Source of the DNA: Eledone cirrhosa
Taxonomy: Eukaryota
Assembly (NCBI GenBank): GCA_964016885.1
Contig: OZ024742.1
Span: forward strand, 24,738,001 to 24,802,000
Direction of reading: 5' to 3'
DNA: 64,000 bases
Of this stretch, positions 11,764 through 27,317 are shown in pieces; position 1 is the first letter of the stretch, and every line of letters begins with the position of its first letter. The translations under genes were made by a program, and so were the position numbers. The notes below the pieces were generated by a model. The model was not told the DNA's origin and did not search any database. It saw nothing but the letters and a program-made list of their open reading frames with translations.

Positions 11764-12237
11764 CATTCTGCATGTGTGAGAGAGAGACAGAGAAAGGCTT
11801 TCTTTTGCAAAGTTTACAGAAAACTGGTTCATACAATTAAGGGAAAAGCTCTCTCGTCTAATTATGGCACCAAACCGAAAACAAAAATGCTCTCTTCTTT
11901 AAATACTCAGGAGATTTACAGCAATAAAACACATCTTTTAATCAGAAATTCATTTTAAATAGTTAACTAGTTTCTCAACCAATCATGTCACACACAAATA
12001 GCTTCCAAACATAACAGATTCCAATTAGTTTATCCAATTCCAGCAAATCAGAATTTGCACGAAACAATAGAGGAAATATTTCGACATCTGAGGCAAATTA
12101 TGTACAAGGTTTCTATCAAAAGGCCTGCTACCTGATTTTGAAATAATCTGCAAGGTGGAATAATAAACCAGGGAATCACAAATATCATTATGTGTCGAAA
12201 TCATTGTCTATCGAAATGTGTGTGTGTATATATATAT

Positions 12238-12530
12238 ATCATCATCATCATCATTGTTTAAAGTCCATTTTTCCTTGCTGGTATGGGTTAGATGAGTTAT
12301 CCTTTTGTGAGCAATGCTAAGTCAGGTGACTATGTCATGCGCATACAGAACTGATTTTGGCTTTGTTTCGACGGCTGGATGCCCTTCCTAACGCCAACCT
12401 CATTTAAAATGAGCACTGGGTGCTTTTTGTTGTGACGCCTACACGACCACTTTACAGTGTGGACAGCTGCTTTTTGCCGTGAGACCTACATGATCACTTT
12501 ATAGTGTGGGCTGGGCACTTTTTGCCATAC
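12238..12530 (-). mobile_element. RTE 3'-end-derived short element with (GAT)n tail
   Basis: (CAT)n then GGCTGGATGCCCTTCCTAACGCCAACC, shared with RTE 3' UTRs at 28320-28570 and 59580-59830. Confidence 0.75.
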
Positions 12531-13298
12531 AGGACCAGATATATTAATATATATATATATATTGTAATATCTTGAGAGAGTCATGCTACCAAGAAAAAAC
12601 ACATGCACCTGTTGGTTTTCAATTTAATTTATTACACATTTCCAGTTGATTGGTTTAATAACCTGATGATTGTTTATTTAATATCAAAGTTCTTTTGTCA
12701 CACATTCTGTGACCTCCTCAGTGACTAATTTGTTATTTTGTGTCTCTCTTTTGTTCTACTCTACATCACCTTGTTTTTCTGTGTTGTGTGCTGTGTATTT
12801 GGGTTTTGCATGCGTGTGTGGTGTGTTTATTTTTTATTTTTGTTTATTTATGTCTCACCAGTTGGTTGCTTGTTCTATCTGTGTGTGTCTGGTTTAATTT
12901 AGTTTATTTTTGTGTCTCTACATGTCTTTATCTTGTCTTTAATTACTAGTTGTGATGTTGTTGTTATGCCACTCATGTTTTGTGTTTAATTTTGGTTGAA
13001 GTTCGCTTATGTAATCTGTTGGAGCCTTGCATCTTTTTTGTGATCATAGAAATAAAAAAAATATATCCTTACACGCAAATCTATTCTGGCTAAATGTTTT
13101 TATAGTTCAAATTCTGTCTCTTTTCACTGGAAACATAGAAGCATGATAGGACTGTTGACCAGATCTTTACAACATTCAATATATCTCCTGTGAGAGGGAA
13201 CCTCACATGAACATGTCTAAACCTATCTAAAAAAAAAAAAAAAATATATATATACAATGATATTAAATTAATGGAAACTATATTTATAAAACCATATT

Positions 13299-13361
13299 TA
13301 TTTTATTATATATATTTCAAGGGTACCAAAACACTTTGGTACGCTTTCTTCAGATAAAATA
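13299..13361 (-). ncRNA. Type I hammerhead ribozyme, intact core
   Basis: Minus strand tattttat-CTGAAGA-aagcgtaccaaagtgttttggtaccctt-GAAA-tatata-TA-ataaaata: 8-bp helix I, long helix II, palindromic helix III. Confidence 0.85.
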
Positions 13362-13679
13362 CAAAGTTTGTTTTATAAATACCCAAGAAAACCATACCTT
13401 ATCAGTTGGATATTCTCTGGATAGTGGAAATATTTTAGGGATTTTTCAAACTTATGGGTGAATATGCAAATGAATATGTAAATAATTGAAAATCAACCGT
13501 TTATTTAAACAACTATGGAGAGAGAGAGAAGAGAGAAGCGAAAAAGGACAAAATAGTGAGAGAGAGAAGAATGAAAAAAGCGAAGAATGAAAAACTCATA
13601 TAACGTTAATTTGAGGGAAATATATTCAAATAATTACAACAATTGATTCCCTTCTTTAAGTATCACTTTAAAAGGAGAA

Positions 13680-14021
13680 TCAGGGTGGAGAGGGGGCACT
13701 GCACCCCAGTAAATTTACTGAAAGGTGGGTGAATGAAGCGAAAATGGCCCGAGTGATTGGTCCTTCTCTGTTTATAAGCCTGTAGGTTGAGGAAGAGAGA
13801 AAAAGGAAGAAAGGAGCACTTGCACAACACGCTCCTGGAGTTGAGGGTTGTTCTATCGACGGGGTATTAAACAACCCATTTGTGGCGCCTCCCCCTATTG
13901 GGGATTTCGATTGTTGAAATTGTTTGTTTTTATATTCTTTACACGACTGTATGTAAAATCCCCGGCATGTCTTTGTATTGTCCCCTTTTCTTGTTGCGCC
14001 CTTGTGGCTAATAAAGAAATC
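13680..14021 (+). mobile_element. 5'-truncated Tx1 3' fragment
   Basis: Similar to 4743-5110 (GAAAGGTGGGTGAA..ATGGCCCGAGTG; ends GTGGCTAATAAAGAAAT). Confidence 0.85.
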
Positions 14022-14178
14022 TATCTATGTATATATGTAAGTATATATCTTAATAGTATGTGTATTTATATTAAAGGCATATTTTAAGCGAGACACGGTC
14101 ACCTGACCAACCTTGCCTCGAGTGGGAAGATGGACATTAAACGATGATGATGATGATATGTATATATACATATATATG

Positions 14179-14258
<80 letters not shown>

Positions 14259-14265
14259 CATATAT

Positions 14266-17099
14266 CATGGCTGCAAACTCTGCCAAGAGTATTGCAATCG
14301 CTTGTCAGATTCAGATGTCGAACGCTCGGATATGGCTTTTCAAGCCTGCTAGAGACTTGCACTCCTTCACACACTGACGACAACTATGGATCTCCATGGC
14401 TTGAGGTCCCGCATCAGGTTGCCCGTGAACCCTCACAACACCATGGAGATCATAGTTTACTGGTTCTCTTTGAACATGGCTGCGACTGTGACTCCTGAGA
14501 CCAGATTTGCTCAAGCAAATTTTTCCACCCTCAGGGCACTTCAATTCAATGGAGACACCGATAGTTTAGAGAGATACACCAGGGCATTGCTTACACACAT
14601 CCCTTTTGATCTTCTCGTGCTCTATGCGTCTGTCCTCAAAATTATGGATCCCATCATTCACCATTCCACGCCAAGTTTCTCTTTCAAGGGCTTTTATCTC
14701 CCAGTCAGCCATCATCAAACCAGTTTTTTTCAATGAATCCTTTACACAATCATTGAATCGGAGCTTTGGTTTGTGAGGTTGTCTCTTACCCTCACAAGAG
14801 TTGTTTTGGGATTCGATCATCCTCCATTCTGCAGAGGTGTCTGGTCCATCGCAAACGCCGTTGGTGGATTATACTCTCAATGCTCCGACTCTCACTTCTC
14901 TCAAGGGCCTCAACATCACTCACATGCATCTGCCACTTCATACCAAGCATCTTTCTGAGACACTACTGGTGAAACCGTTCCAGTCTGTGGATATGCCGTT
15001 TGTAGGCAACCCATGCCTCACATGCATACAGCAAAGCTGACAGTACACATGCAGCATACACTCTCACCTTGGTGCTCATTGTGATTCCTCGCCTGCACCA
15101 AAGACGGTCGTTGAGCCTTCTAAATGACTCACTTGCCTTACTAACACGTAGACCAACTTCTGCATCCAGAGAGCAGGTCACACTCAGAGTACTCCCCAAA
15201 TACACAAATGTGTCAGCACCCTTCAGCTTTTGACTGTACACGTGTATGGAGGGTTCATTGAAAACGTTATCCGGAGCAGGTTGGTACATGACGACAGTCT
15301 TCTTCAGACTGATTGTCAGTCCCAAAGCACCGCACGCATTGGAAAAAGAATCCATAAGATGTTGCATGTCACTTTGGGAGTGTGCAAAGAGATCACAATC
15401 ATCTGCATATACAAATTCTCTGATCAAGGTACTCAGTACCTTAGTGTTGAAAGTGAGACGCCTAAGGTTAAACAGCTTGCCGGAAGTGCAATATCTAAGA
15501 TAGATACCGTGTTGACAATCCTTAAAGGCCATGAAGAACACCATCGCAAAACACAAGGCAAACAAAGTTGGCGCAGGTATATCACCCTGCTTGACGCCAT
15601 TTTTAACCAAGATTGGCTCAGACAGTTTACCTCCAGCATTCACCCATGCCTGCACGTCATCGTGGAAGAGTTTCAGAATGTTCACAAAACTTTTCAGGAC
15701 AGCCCAATCTCTCTAAAATAACCCACAAAGCCTTCCGATTAACGGTGTCAAATGCCTTGGTCAGATCGACAAAAACTTGATATACGTCCATGCGCTGCTC
15801 AATGAATTTCTCTTGAAGTTGTTTGGCCGAGAAGATCATGTCAACAGTGCCTCTGCCATTCCTAAAGCCACATTGGGACTCAGGAATTACCTCAACAGCA
15901 ATGTGCTGTATCAATCTGTTCAACAATAACCTGCACAAGATCTTCCCAGCCACAGATAGCAGTGAAATACCTCTATAGTTGCCACAGTCATCTTTGGCAC
16001 CCTTTTCTTTGTAAAGTACCACCATCAGTGCATCATTCTAATCCTGTGGCACATCTTCTTCATTCCAAACATTCACAAAGAGATCAGTGAGGCGGTTTAA
16101 GAAGTTATCACCAGCTCACTTGAAAATCTCAGCACTCAGTCCATCCATTCCAGGTGACATGCCGCTGTTTAATTTGGCAATGGCCTTCGCCACCTCATCT
16201 ATTGAAGGAGGAGCAGCCATTGCCAGCTTTGTAAGTCTGGATGGAATCGACTGGATGAACGCATCATCAATTTCTGATGGTCTGTTGAGAAGCTCATCAA
16301 AGTGGTCATGCCACCTGATCAGGATTTCCTTCGGATCTCTGAGCAATTCCTTGCCGTCCCCGGAGAGAAGTGGTGATATTTGTGAACCGGTCGGGCCATA
16401 CACCTCCCTGAGCAGACTGTATAGGAGCTTTGTATCATGTCTATCTGAGGCCTTCTGGATTTCATCAGCCTTTTGGCTCCACCAGGTATCCTGCATGGCT
16501 TTCTATCGATGTTGCACACATGCCTTGATCTGCCTGAAAGTCCGGTCACTCCTATCAGAACGTGTCTCACACAATAATGATGTCAGCACTTTTTGTTTCT
16601 CTTCAAGCAAGGTCTGGATCACTGGATCATTTTTATCGAACCAGTCATTATGCTTTCTATTGGTATGACCCAAAACTCCAGCACTAACATCATAGACGGT
16701 TTTCTTCAATGATTCCCAAGTGTTTTCACATTCCATGGACTCAGCTCTGACTTTCTCTGTTTTCAGACGAGCCACGTTTAGTTGTTTTGGAAGTGCAACC
16801 TTCTTCCCTCTTACTTTGGGCTTCGCAACAAATTGAAACTTGGCGCGCACCAGACGATGATTAGTCCAACATTCCACGCCTCACGATACACGAACCAATG
16901 TGATATACCTAATATCACGTTTTCTCGTTAAAACGAAGTCAATAAGGTGTTGTGAAAACAACAGGGGGCCCTTCACTCCCAGGTTAAAAAAAAAAGTACT
17001 ATTTGGATGGTCGTTGACTCTGGTGAGTTCCTCCGCTCTTTGCCAGGTTTTGTATTTCATTCCGCAGGGTGTCCAAATATCACCCTCCTCACCAAGCAA

Positions 17100-17100
<1 letters not shown>
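14266..17100 (-). pseudogene. RTE-BovB-like LINE, fragmented ORF (APE C-term, RT, two C2H2 fingers)
   Basis: [52 protein letters not shown]; C-terminal CRQC..HIRAF and CPEG..HSRSH; many frameshifts. Confidence 0.9.
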
Positions 17101-17676
<576 letters not shown>

Positions 17677-17756
17677 GATAAGCAGAACAAGTAAAATTCA
17701 ATCAATTTTTCAAAATACATTAAAAAATATAATATAAATATTTACCTCTTCTAGTG

Positions 17757-17838
17757 GCCCTTACTGATCAGTTTCGCTTTGTAAAACCTCATAAATCCGA
17801 TGGATTCATGATGGAAAACCAAAGCTCATCAGAGAAGC
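17757..17838 (-). ncRNA. Type I hammerhead ribozyme, copy 1
   Basis: Minus strand gcttct-CTGATGA-gctttg...caaagc-GAAA-ctgatcag-TA-agggc; helix II gctttg/caaagc plus tcatgaatcc/ggatttatga; helix III palindrome ACTGATCAGT; helix I weak (G-U rich). Confidence 0.85.
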
Positions 17839-18241
17839 ATTTTCCCATCCTAGGGCTAAACGTCCCAGGAACGACAAAATATACAACCTCCTGCCAGCTA
17901 ATAAAGGTCTGAAAGGTCGTAAAAGTGACCCGTATGTAAACTGGACCGAAGTAAAAGCGGGAAAATCAAAGACTTGCTGTCTACAATTACTACTAAAGAA
18001 ATAGCAGCCTAGTAAAGCAACAGATTTGTTCTCAACGGACGGAGAAAAAGGTATAAGTTAATATGTCCAGGGATACTAGGTACCCCTAGAAATACATAGG
18101 TTGTCTATGATTCAGGGTTGTTCAATGGTGTTAATTTGATACACCAGAACTTTAATATTAAGATAAGCAGAACAAGTAAAATTCAATCAATTTTTCAAAA
18201 TACATTAAAAAATATAATATAAATATTTACCTCTTCTAGTG

Positions 18242-18323
18242 GCCCTTACTGATCAGTTTCGCTTTGTAAAACCTCATAAATCCGATGGATTCATGATGGA
18301 AAACCAAAGCTCATCAGAGAAGC
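18242..18323 (-). ncRNA. Type I hammerhead ribozyme, copy 2
   Basis: Same sequence as 17757-17838. Confidence 0.85.
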
Positions 18324-18726
18324 ATTTTCCCATCCTAGGGCTAAACGTCCCAGGAACGACAAAATATACAACCTCCTGCCAGCTAATAAAGGTCTGAAAG
18401 GTCGTAAAAGTGACCCGTATGTAAACTGGACCGAAGTAAAAGCGGGAAAATCAAAGACTTGCTGTCTACAATTACTACTAAAGAAATAGCAGCCTAGTAA
18501 AGCAACAGATTTGTTCTCAACGGACGGAGAAAAAGGTATAAGTTAATATGTCCAGGGATACTAGGTACCCCTAGAAATACATAGGTTGTCTATGATTCAG
18601 GGTTGTTCAATGGTGTTAATTTGATACACCAGAACTTTAATATTAAGATAAGCAGAACAAGTAAAATTCAATCAATTATTCAAAATACATTAAAAAATAT
18701 AATATAAATATTTACCTCTTCTAGTG

Positions 18727-18808
18727 GCCCTTACTGATCAGTTTCGCTTTGTAAAACCTCATAAATCCGATGGATTCATGATGGAAAACCAAAGCTCATC
18801 AGAGAAGC
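18727..18808 (-). ncRNA. Type I hammerhead ribozyme, copy 3
   Basis: Same sequence as 17757-17838. Confidence 0.85.
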
Positions 18809-19110
18809 ATTTTCCCATCCTAGGGCTAAACGTCCCAGGAACGACAAAATATACTGAGCTTTGGTTTTCCATCATGAATCCATCGGATTTATGAGGTTTT
18901 ACAAAGCGAAACTGATCAGTAAGGGCCACTAGAAGAGGTAAATATTTATATTATATTTTTTAATGTATTTTGAAAAATTGATTGAATTTTACTTGTTCTG
19001 CTTATCTTAATATTAAAGTTCTGGTGTATCAAATTAACACCATTGAACAACCCTGAATCATAGACAACCTATGTATTTCTAGGGGTACCTAGTATCCCTG
19101 GACATATTAA

Positions 19111-19166
<56 letters not shown>

Positions 19167-19218
19167 CAAATAACGAAACGAAATTAAATTTCGTTTCGCT
19201 TCTAACTCACTTTTGTAT

Positions 19219-19282
<64 letters not shown>

Positions 19283-19876
19283 AAATGTGTGTAATCCTTG
19301 GTACAGTTAGGTATATTAAGACAGGGGGGAAGAAAAAATGGCTTCACTTGTGCTTTCAACAAATTTATTTTCTTCACAAAATCCAAAAAGAATTTTTCTT
19401 AAAAAAATTATTTTATAAATTAAGTTGTTGGTTGTTGGTTAGGTCTTAGGAGTTCTTGGTTAACGTAGGAGGTATTGTTTCGTTATTAGAAAGACCTTTC
19501 ACGCTGAGGTGCGTTTGTCAAACTGATGTGTATGTGGTGTGTTGTTCTATATATAGGGATTTAACATGTCTGTGGTGTGGTGGGGGTTTCTTTTCTCCCC
19601 CTTTAATAAGTGCATGGGTGTAGGTGTGTTGAAAAAGTGTTCATAGCAGTAATGAGTTGAGACGGTGAGTAGGGTTGGGTGGGGAGAAATGTAGCAAGTG
19701 CGGCCTGCCCCGGTCATTCTCGAAAAATTCCTTTATTCAGGGGAAAAAGCTTTTAGTATTGCTTTTGTGTTGAGAATGGTCACAGGCAAATCGCACCTGT
19801 CAAGTTTGTGAATAATTATTTTTTTCTTTTTTTCCTGAAGAATTTTTCTACGTCCATCCCAAAGTTAGTCCTTTGT

Positions 19877-21450
<1,574 letters not shown>

Positions 21451-21500
21451 AGAAGAGGGGGGGGGGGTAGTGAAATGGAATTTTACCTCCGAGTGTTAAT

Positions 21501-23370
21501 TCATTTTTTCGTGTTCAGTAGTGGTTTAAATTTTTCAATGAAGAATTCTTCTTTATATCTGCGGAAATGTTCGTTATCCGACCATATCTTGAAGAAAGGG
21601 AAGATTGTGAATTTTCCCTTCCCGCATGATGCAAAGTGTGCGCTACATGTGGTATTTCTGACTGTGGGGGTCTTTAATCTGTTGTTTATGTACCCGGACT
21701 CTATCATGTAATCCCGTTCCGGTTTCCCCAATGTAATACTCTTTACACTGTGGACATGTTGCGCAATATATTAGGTTTTTCGTTTTGCAGTTCATGTTAA
21801 CATTGACCTTGAAATTATCATGGTTTTTGAATGACAACTGTTTGCCCTCTTCGATGAGTTCACAGGTTCCACATCTAGGGTCCCCGCATTTCGTCACTTG
21901 CATTGATTCCATGTTGGTCGTAAATTTTGCCTTGGTAATTAGTTTTTTAAGGTTGGGTGCTTGGCGTCTGCTATAAATTATCTGTGTGTTTTTTAAGAGT
22001 GCATTCATTTTGGTAGATTGCTGTAGAATCGGGAGATACTGCTTAGCAGTTTTCACAATGTTGATGTTCCCTGGGTTGTGAGTGATGACAAAAGAGATAG
22101 CGGGGTTTTCTTTTTTATGTTGTGGGTTTGGTTTTCTCAGTGTTGTTATTGGGATGTTCTTAGCCTTGGAGATGGCTGCGTTGATGAGTTTCATCGGGTA
22201 TTCTTGTTTTTTAAGGAATTTTTTCAGGTCACATAATCTTTTTTCTTGTAGTACAGGGTGTGTTGCTATAGTGCAGATCCGCCTTGCTATGTTGAAGGGA
22301 ATGTTCCTTTTCGTATGTGAGGGGTGTGCTGACCGGAAATTTAAGTATTGGTGTGTGTCAGTGGGTTTGCAAAATAGGTCCGTTATGATATTTTACCCTT
22401 CTTTAATGATGAGGATATCTAGAAAGGGCAGTTCCTTTTCGTTACATTCCATAGTGAATTGTATAGCTTCATGAAGCCTGTTTAGGATCGAATAACATTT
22501 TTGTAGGTCTGCTTGGCTTCTGTTCCAGAAGATGAAGCAGTCATCTAGGTAACGTTTCCAGTTTTTATTAATGTAGAAGGCGAAGTCGTGACTGAATGTT
22601 ATCTGTAGTTGGGAATATAATTTTGCCTCTAAGTGACCCATAACGAGCGTTGCATATGTAGGGGCCACTTTGGTACCCATGGCTGTTCCTTTTATTTGTA
22701 GATAAAGTTCGTTGTCAAAGAGGAAGTGGTTGTTTTCCAATACTAATTTAAGTCCTTCCAAGATGAATTCTTTGGGGAATCTTTCTGAAATGTGACTTGA
22801 GTGTTTTGTAATCCAGAAGTCCACAGCTTCAATCCCTAGGTCGTGTGGGATGTTAGTGTACAGGCTTATTACATCAAAACTGACTAGGATTGTATCCTGG
22901 TGTACTTTTGGGGGGATATAGTTAAGGAATTCCATATCATCTCTGATGTAGCTTTGAACTTTTTTACATAGGGGTTTGAGTATGATGTCTAATAGGTTGC
23001 TTAGACGTTGTGTGCTTGAGGCTGGGCCAGCAATAATGGGGCGTAATTTTAAGTCTGTCGGTTTTGGTGCTTCGATGTATGATGTATTTTTCCCTTTTAT
23101 GTTGTTTTGGATTTCTATGGATTTGTGAATTTTTGGTAATCCATAGAAATTGCTGGTTTTCATTTCGAAGTTGGTTAGGTAATCTACTTCTTTTGGTGTT
23201 AGGTTGTTTTGGTACTTTGTTGTTAGTTTGCCTATTTGGTTCCTCGATTTCCTTTCTTCGTTTTTAGTGATTTTCCTGTAGAAGTTTTCGTCATTCAAGT
23301 GTGCTAGGACCATATCTTTGTAGTGGTTTGTGTCCATGATGACGATTGTATATATGTCCATGATGACGAT
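21501..23370 (-). pseudogene. Penelope-like RT and GIY-YIG endonuclease (frameshifted)
   Basis: IVIMD, FYGLPKIHK, LRPIIAG, SFDVISLYTNIP, GTAMG, RYLDD, LPFLD; KCGDPRCGTC linker; NLIYCATCPQCKEYYIGETG; [13 protein letters not shown]; frameshifts near 22390 and 21650-21700. Confidence 0.93.
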
Positions 23371-24161
23371 TGTATATGTGTATATATGTGTGTATATATA
23401 TGTATATATATATATACCCATGTGGAGGTATGAGTACATATTCGTGTGTGTACGTATGTGTATGTGTGTTTTTATATGTGTCTCTATATGTTTTTGTGTA
23501 TGTATTTGTACATGGGTGTGTGATTGATGGTGTGTGCCTATATATTCCTACATATGCCCGTGTGTGTATGTACGTATATGCCCACATATGTGTGTGTTGA
23601 ACAAAGGACTAACTTTGGGATGGACGTAGAAAAATTCTTCAGGAAAAAAAGAAAAAAATAATTATTCACAAACTTGACAGGTGCGATTTGCCTGTGACCA
23701 TTCTCAACACAAAAGCAATGCTAAAAGCTTTTTCCCCTGAATAAAGGAATTTTTCGAGAATGACCGGGGCAGGCCGCACTTGCTACATTTCTCCCCACCC
23801 AACCCTACTCACCGTCTCAACTCATTACTACTATGAACACTTTTTCAACACACCTACACCCATGCACTTATTAAAGGGGGAGAAAAGAAACCCCCACCAC
23901 ACCACAGACATGTTAAATCCCTATATATAGAACAACACACCACATACACATCAGTTTGACAAGCGCACCTCAGTGTGAAAGGTCTTTCTAATAACGAAAC
24001 AATACCCCCTACGTTAACCAAGAACTCCTAAGACCTAACCAACAACCAACAACTTAATTTATAAAATAATTTTTTTTAAGAAAAATTCTTTTTGGATTAT
24101 GTGAAGAAAATAAATTTGTTGAAAGCACAAGTGAAGCCATTTTTTCTTCCCCCCTGTCTTA

Positions 24162-24512
<351 letters not shown>

Positions 24513-26157
24513 ATGGCTCTCCTAGTAGGGTCCTAAAATGGTCTAGCCATTTCCTCTTCCTATCCTCGGGTCCTGTTCCCTGGATCTGACTTGAACACCT
24601 TCTCCTCCTCCCTGTGATCTCGTTGATGATCATCCAGCTCTCCTTACATCAAGATCTGTCAACTGCTCTCTCCACACTTCTGATCTTCTCTCTCAGTGCC
24701 TCCTCTCTGGCCTCAGTGTAAGCGGTACAGAGTTCTTCCCTCATCACCTCCACAGTCTCTATCTCCTCCGTAGGATCACCATAGAATTAGTCCTTGGGAG
24801 CTTTCAGGTGTTCTCTGGCTGCACACACTTTTGGGTTTGCAGAGCTGACGTGCTTTCTTTTGTTCTTTTTCCTCGGCACCAGGGTTTCACTTGCTTCCGC
24901 CATTGCATTGGTGAAGTGCCCGTACCTCCTCGTCACACTCTCTTCAGTCCATCCAATCTCTCTCTCCTCTGACTCTCCACACAGAGCACTGAACCTGTTC
25001 CTCACTTCCACTGTGAACCTCTCCTGTAGCTTATCATCTTCCTTGAAAGCTCCCCAGTCATAGATTGCTCTCCGGGGCTGAGCCTTGCTCTTTCTTAAGC
25101 TCACCCGGACCTCACTCATAACAAGCCGGTGGTCACTACCCAGTGTACTGAAATAGTTGTATGATTCTGTGTTCAGAACACTATTCCGCCACTTTTTCCT
25201 TACCAGAATGAAATCAATCTCGGACTTGGACAGGTGCATATCTGAGATGTAGGTCCATATCTTCCCCGGATTCTTCCTACACCTTAGGTTGGTTGCTATC
25301 AAGTTCGCCTCCAGCAGGGTGTCTCTCACTAGTCTTCCATTTCGGTTGGTGTTGTTATGGAATTACCAGCAAGGATATTCACTGCCCTCCTTACTCAGAT
25401 GTGCATTGAAGTCCCCCAAAACAAGCAGGATGTTGTGTGCTTGTGTGGTGTTGACAGCTATACACACCTCCTCATGGAACTCTTCCGCACTCACATCACT
25501 GTCCCCCTCGGTTGGACTATAGGCTGAGATGACTCGCGGGGAGACAGGCATTATTTCCCTCACCAATAGACTGGTTTTTGTGCTGAAAACAAAACCAATT
25601 CCTCCCACTGCAGCATTGGTCATGTTCCTCACAGCCGATGTGGTGATGAGCTGGCTCCTCTTCCCAATCATCACACTCCTCACGGGCTCATCGTGTAGGA
25701 TCCTGTGTTCTTGAATAGTAAGTATCTGTATACCACTCTCCTCGAACAGATGTCCCAACTCCCCTCTCTTCTCCAGCGTCCGAATAGTCCTCACATTCAA
25801 AGTGCCCATTTTGATGGCTCTTCTGGAGAACAAAACTGCATTCTTTATATTTGTCTCAGAGACAGCTGATCCATCATCCACTGGCCCTCCCTGTGGCTCT
25901 AAGCCAGCAGAGTCATAACAACCAGACTGTTCATTGACAATGTAATTAGGGGCTCTAACCCTAGTGCGGTTAGATCGACTCTCCATATTTCTTTTCAATG
26001 GCTGACAATACCTTACTGGCACTACTCGAATAAGGTAGTTATTTAACCCATAAATGGGGCCCTAACAGGTACTAGTACTCCGGGTAACTCCACATTCCCC
26101 ACAGCTCCTGAACCCCCGAACTGGAGCTTTGCCACTGGATGTAGTCTAATGTCATAG
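24513..26157 (-). pseudogene. RTE-X-like LINE 5' half (5' UTR, APE endonuclease)
   Basis: [47 protein letters not shown]; breaks off at TA array. Confidence 0.85.
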
Positions 26158-26158
26158 T

Positions 26159-26266
26159 CAGAGCAGGAGAGTTAAGGCGAAAAAGATATCAGATGCTGAA
26201 TTTGCCGACGACATAGTTTTGGTGACAAATACAGTGAAGGAGGCAGACGATTTGATGCAGGAGGTT
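26159..26266 (+). pseudogene. Inverted RT catalytic-motif fragment of RTE-X type
   Basis: Translates QSRRVKAKKISDAEFADDIVLVTNTVKEADDLMQEV. Confidence 0.75.
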
Positions 26267-26268
26267 AT

Positions 26269-26301
<33 letters not shown>

Positions 26302-26839
26302 AATGTATGTGTATATATATATATATGCATAGGCTAACAAAAACTAGAGAGAGATGGAGAAAGACAGAGTGAAACTTGACACTGAGAAAGCAATATCACT
26401 TTACATAGAACTGATCATGTCTTTCAGAAGATATAATTGTGTAAAGAATGGAGAAAAGAATATATTAGCATATTAACACTGTGGACAGGTTGGTCTCTAT
26501 CTTAGCTATACTTGAATGTGTGTGTGTTGAGCTGTATGTGGAGCTGTGTGAATGTGTGTGTATGTCTGTGCATATATATACATATATATATATATAAATA
26601 TATACGTTTGTGTGTGTGCATGGAGCTGTGTGGAGTTGTATGGATGTATATATGTGTGTGTATCTATGTATGTATATGTATCTGTATCTGTATGTATGTA
26701 AATATATGTGTGTGGAGGCAGATATGGCGAGATGGTTAAGAAGTTCAATTTGCAATCTTTAGCTCTAACCTGACTGTGTGGCATTTTGTGTTTATGATAT
26801 TTACCATAGCTTCAGCTTGAGTCATGTTTACTTTCTCAA

Positions 26840-27060
26840 GTTGCAATCTGGTGTAGTCTGCAACTAATCCAGGCACTTCAGGCCAAGGAAGGTAAACTTG
26901 CCAAATATTGGTTGCAAGGCAAGAGGTTTGTTGTTGAGTCCATAGCAGTGGAGACTTCTGGTCTCCTTGGCCCTAAGACCACCTCCCTACTCATCACCAT
27001 CAACGCGGAGTTGGCTACCTGGATGTGTGACCCTCATGAGCTGCAATGGCTCACCCATGT
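26840..27060 (+). pseudogene. CRE-like non-LTR element, C-terminal restriction-like endonuclease relic
   Basis: KLAKY..RFVVESIAVETSGLLG..DPHELQWL resembles K..KY...F.P.AVET.G..G...DP.E..WL motif of CRE-clade RLE tails. Confidence 0.6.
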
Positions 27061-27317
27061 CTTATGTGTGAAATTGGGTAGACAGAAACTATTTGAAAGC
27101 CCATTGGATGAGTGTATGTGTAATTTAAAGGGCTAATCTTGTCACAATCTTTGTCATGCTGAATCTCTAAGACAATTTCCTTAACAGTACAAATGTCTGT
27201 GAAATGCTTACCTACTTAACATATTCCTTTCATGAGCAGACGACTCCTTTCATTGAACAATTGGAACACTCAGCATCGAAAGTGACACATCCATTTGATG
27301 TGTGCATGTATATATAT

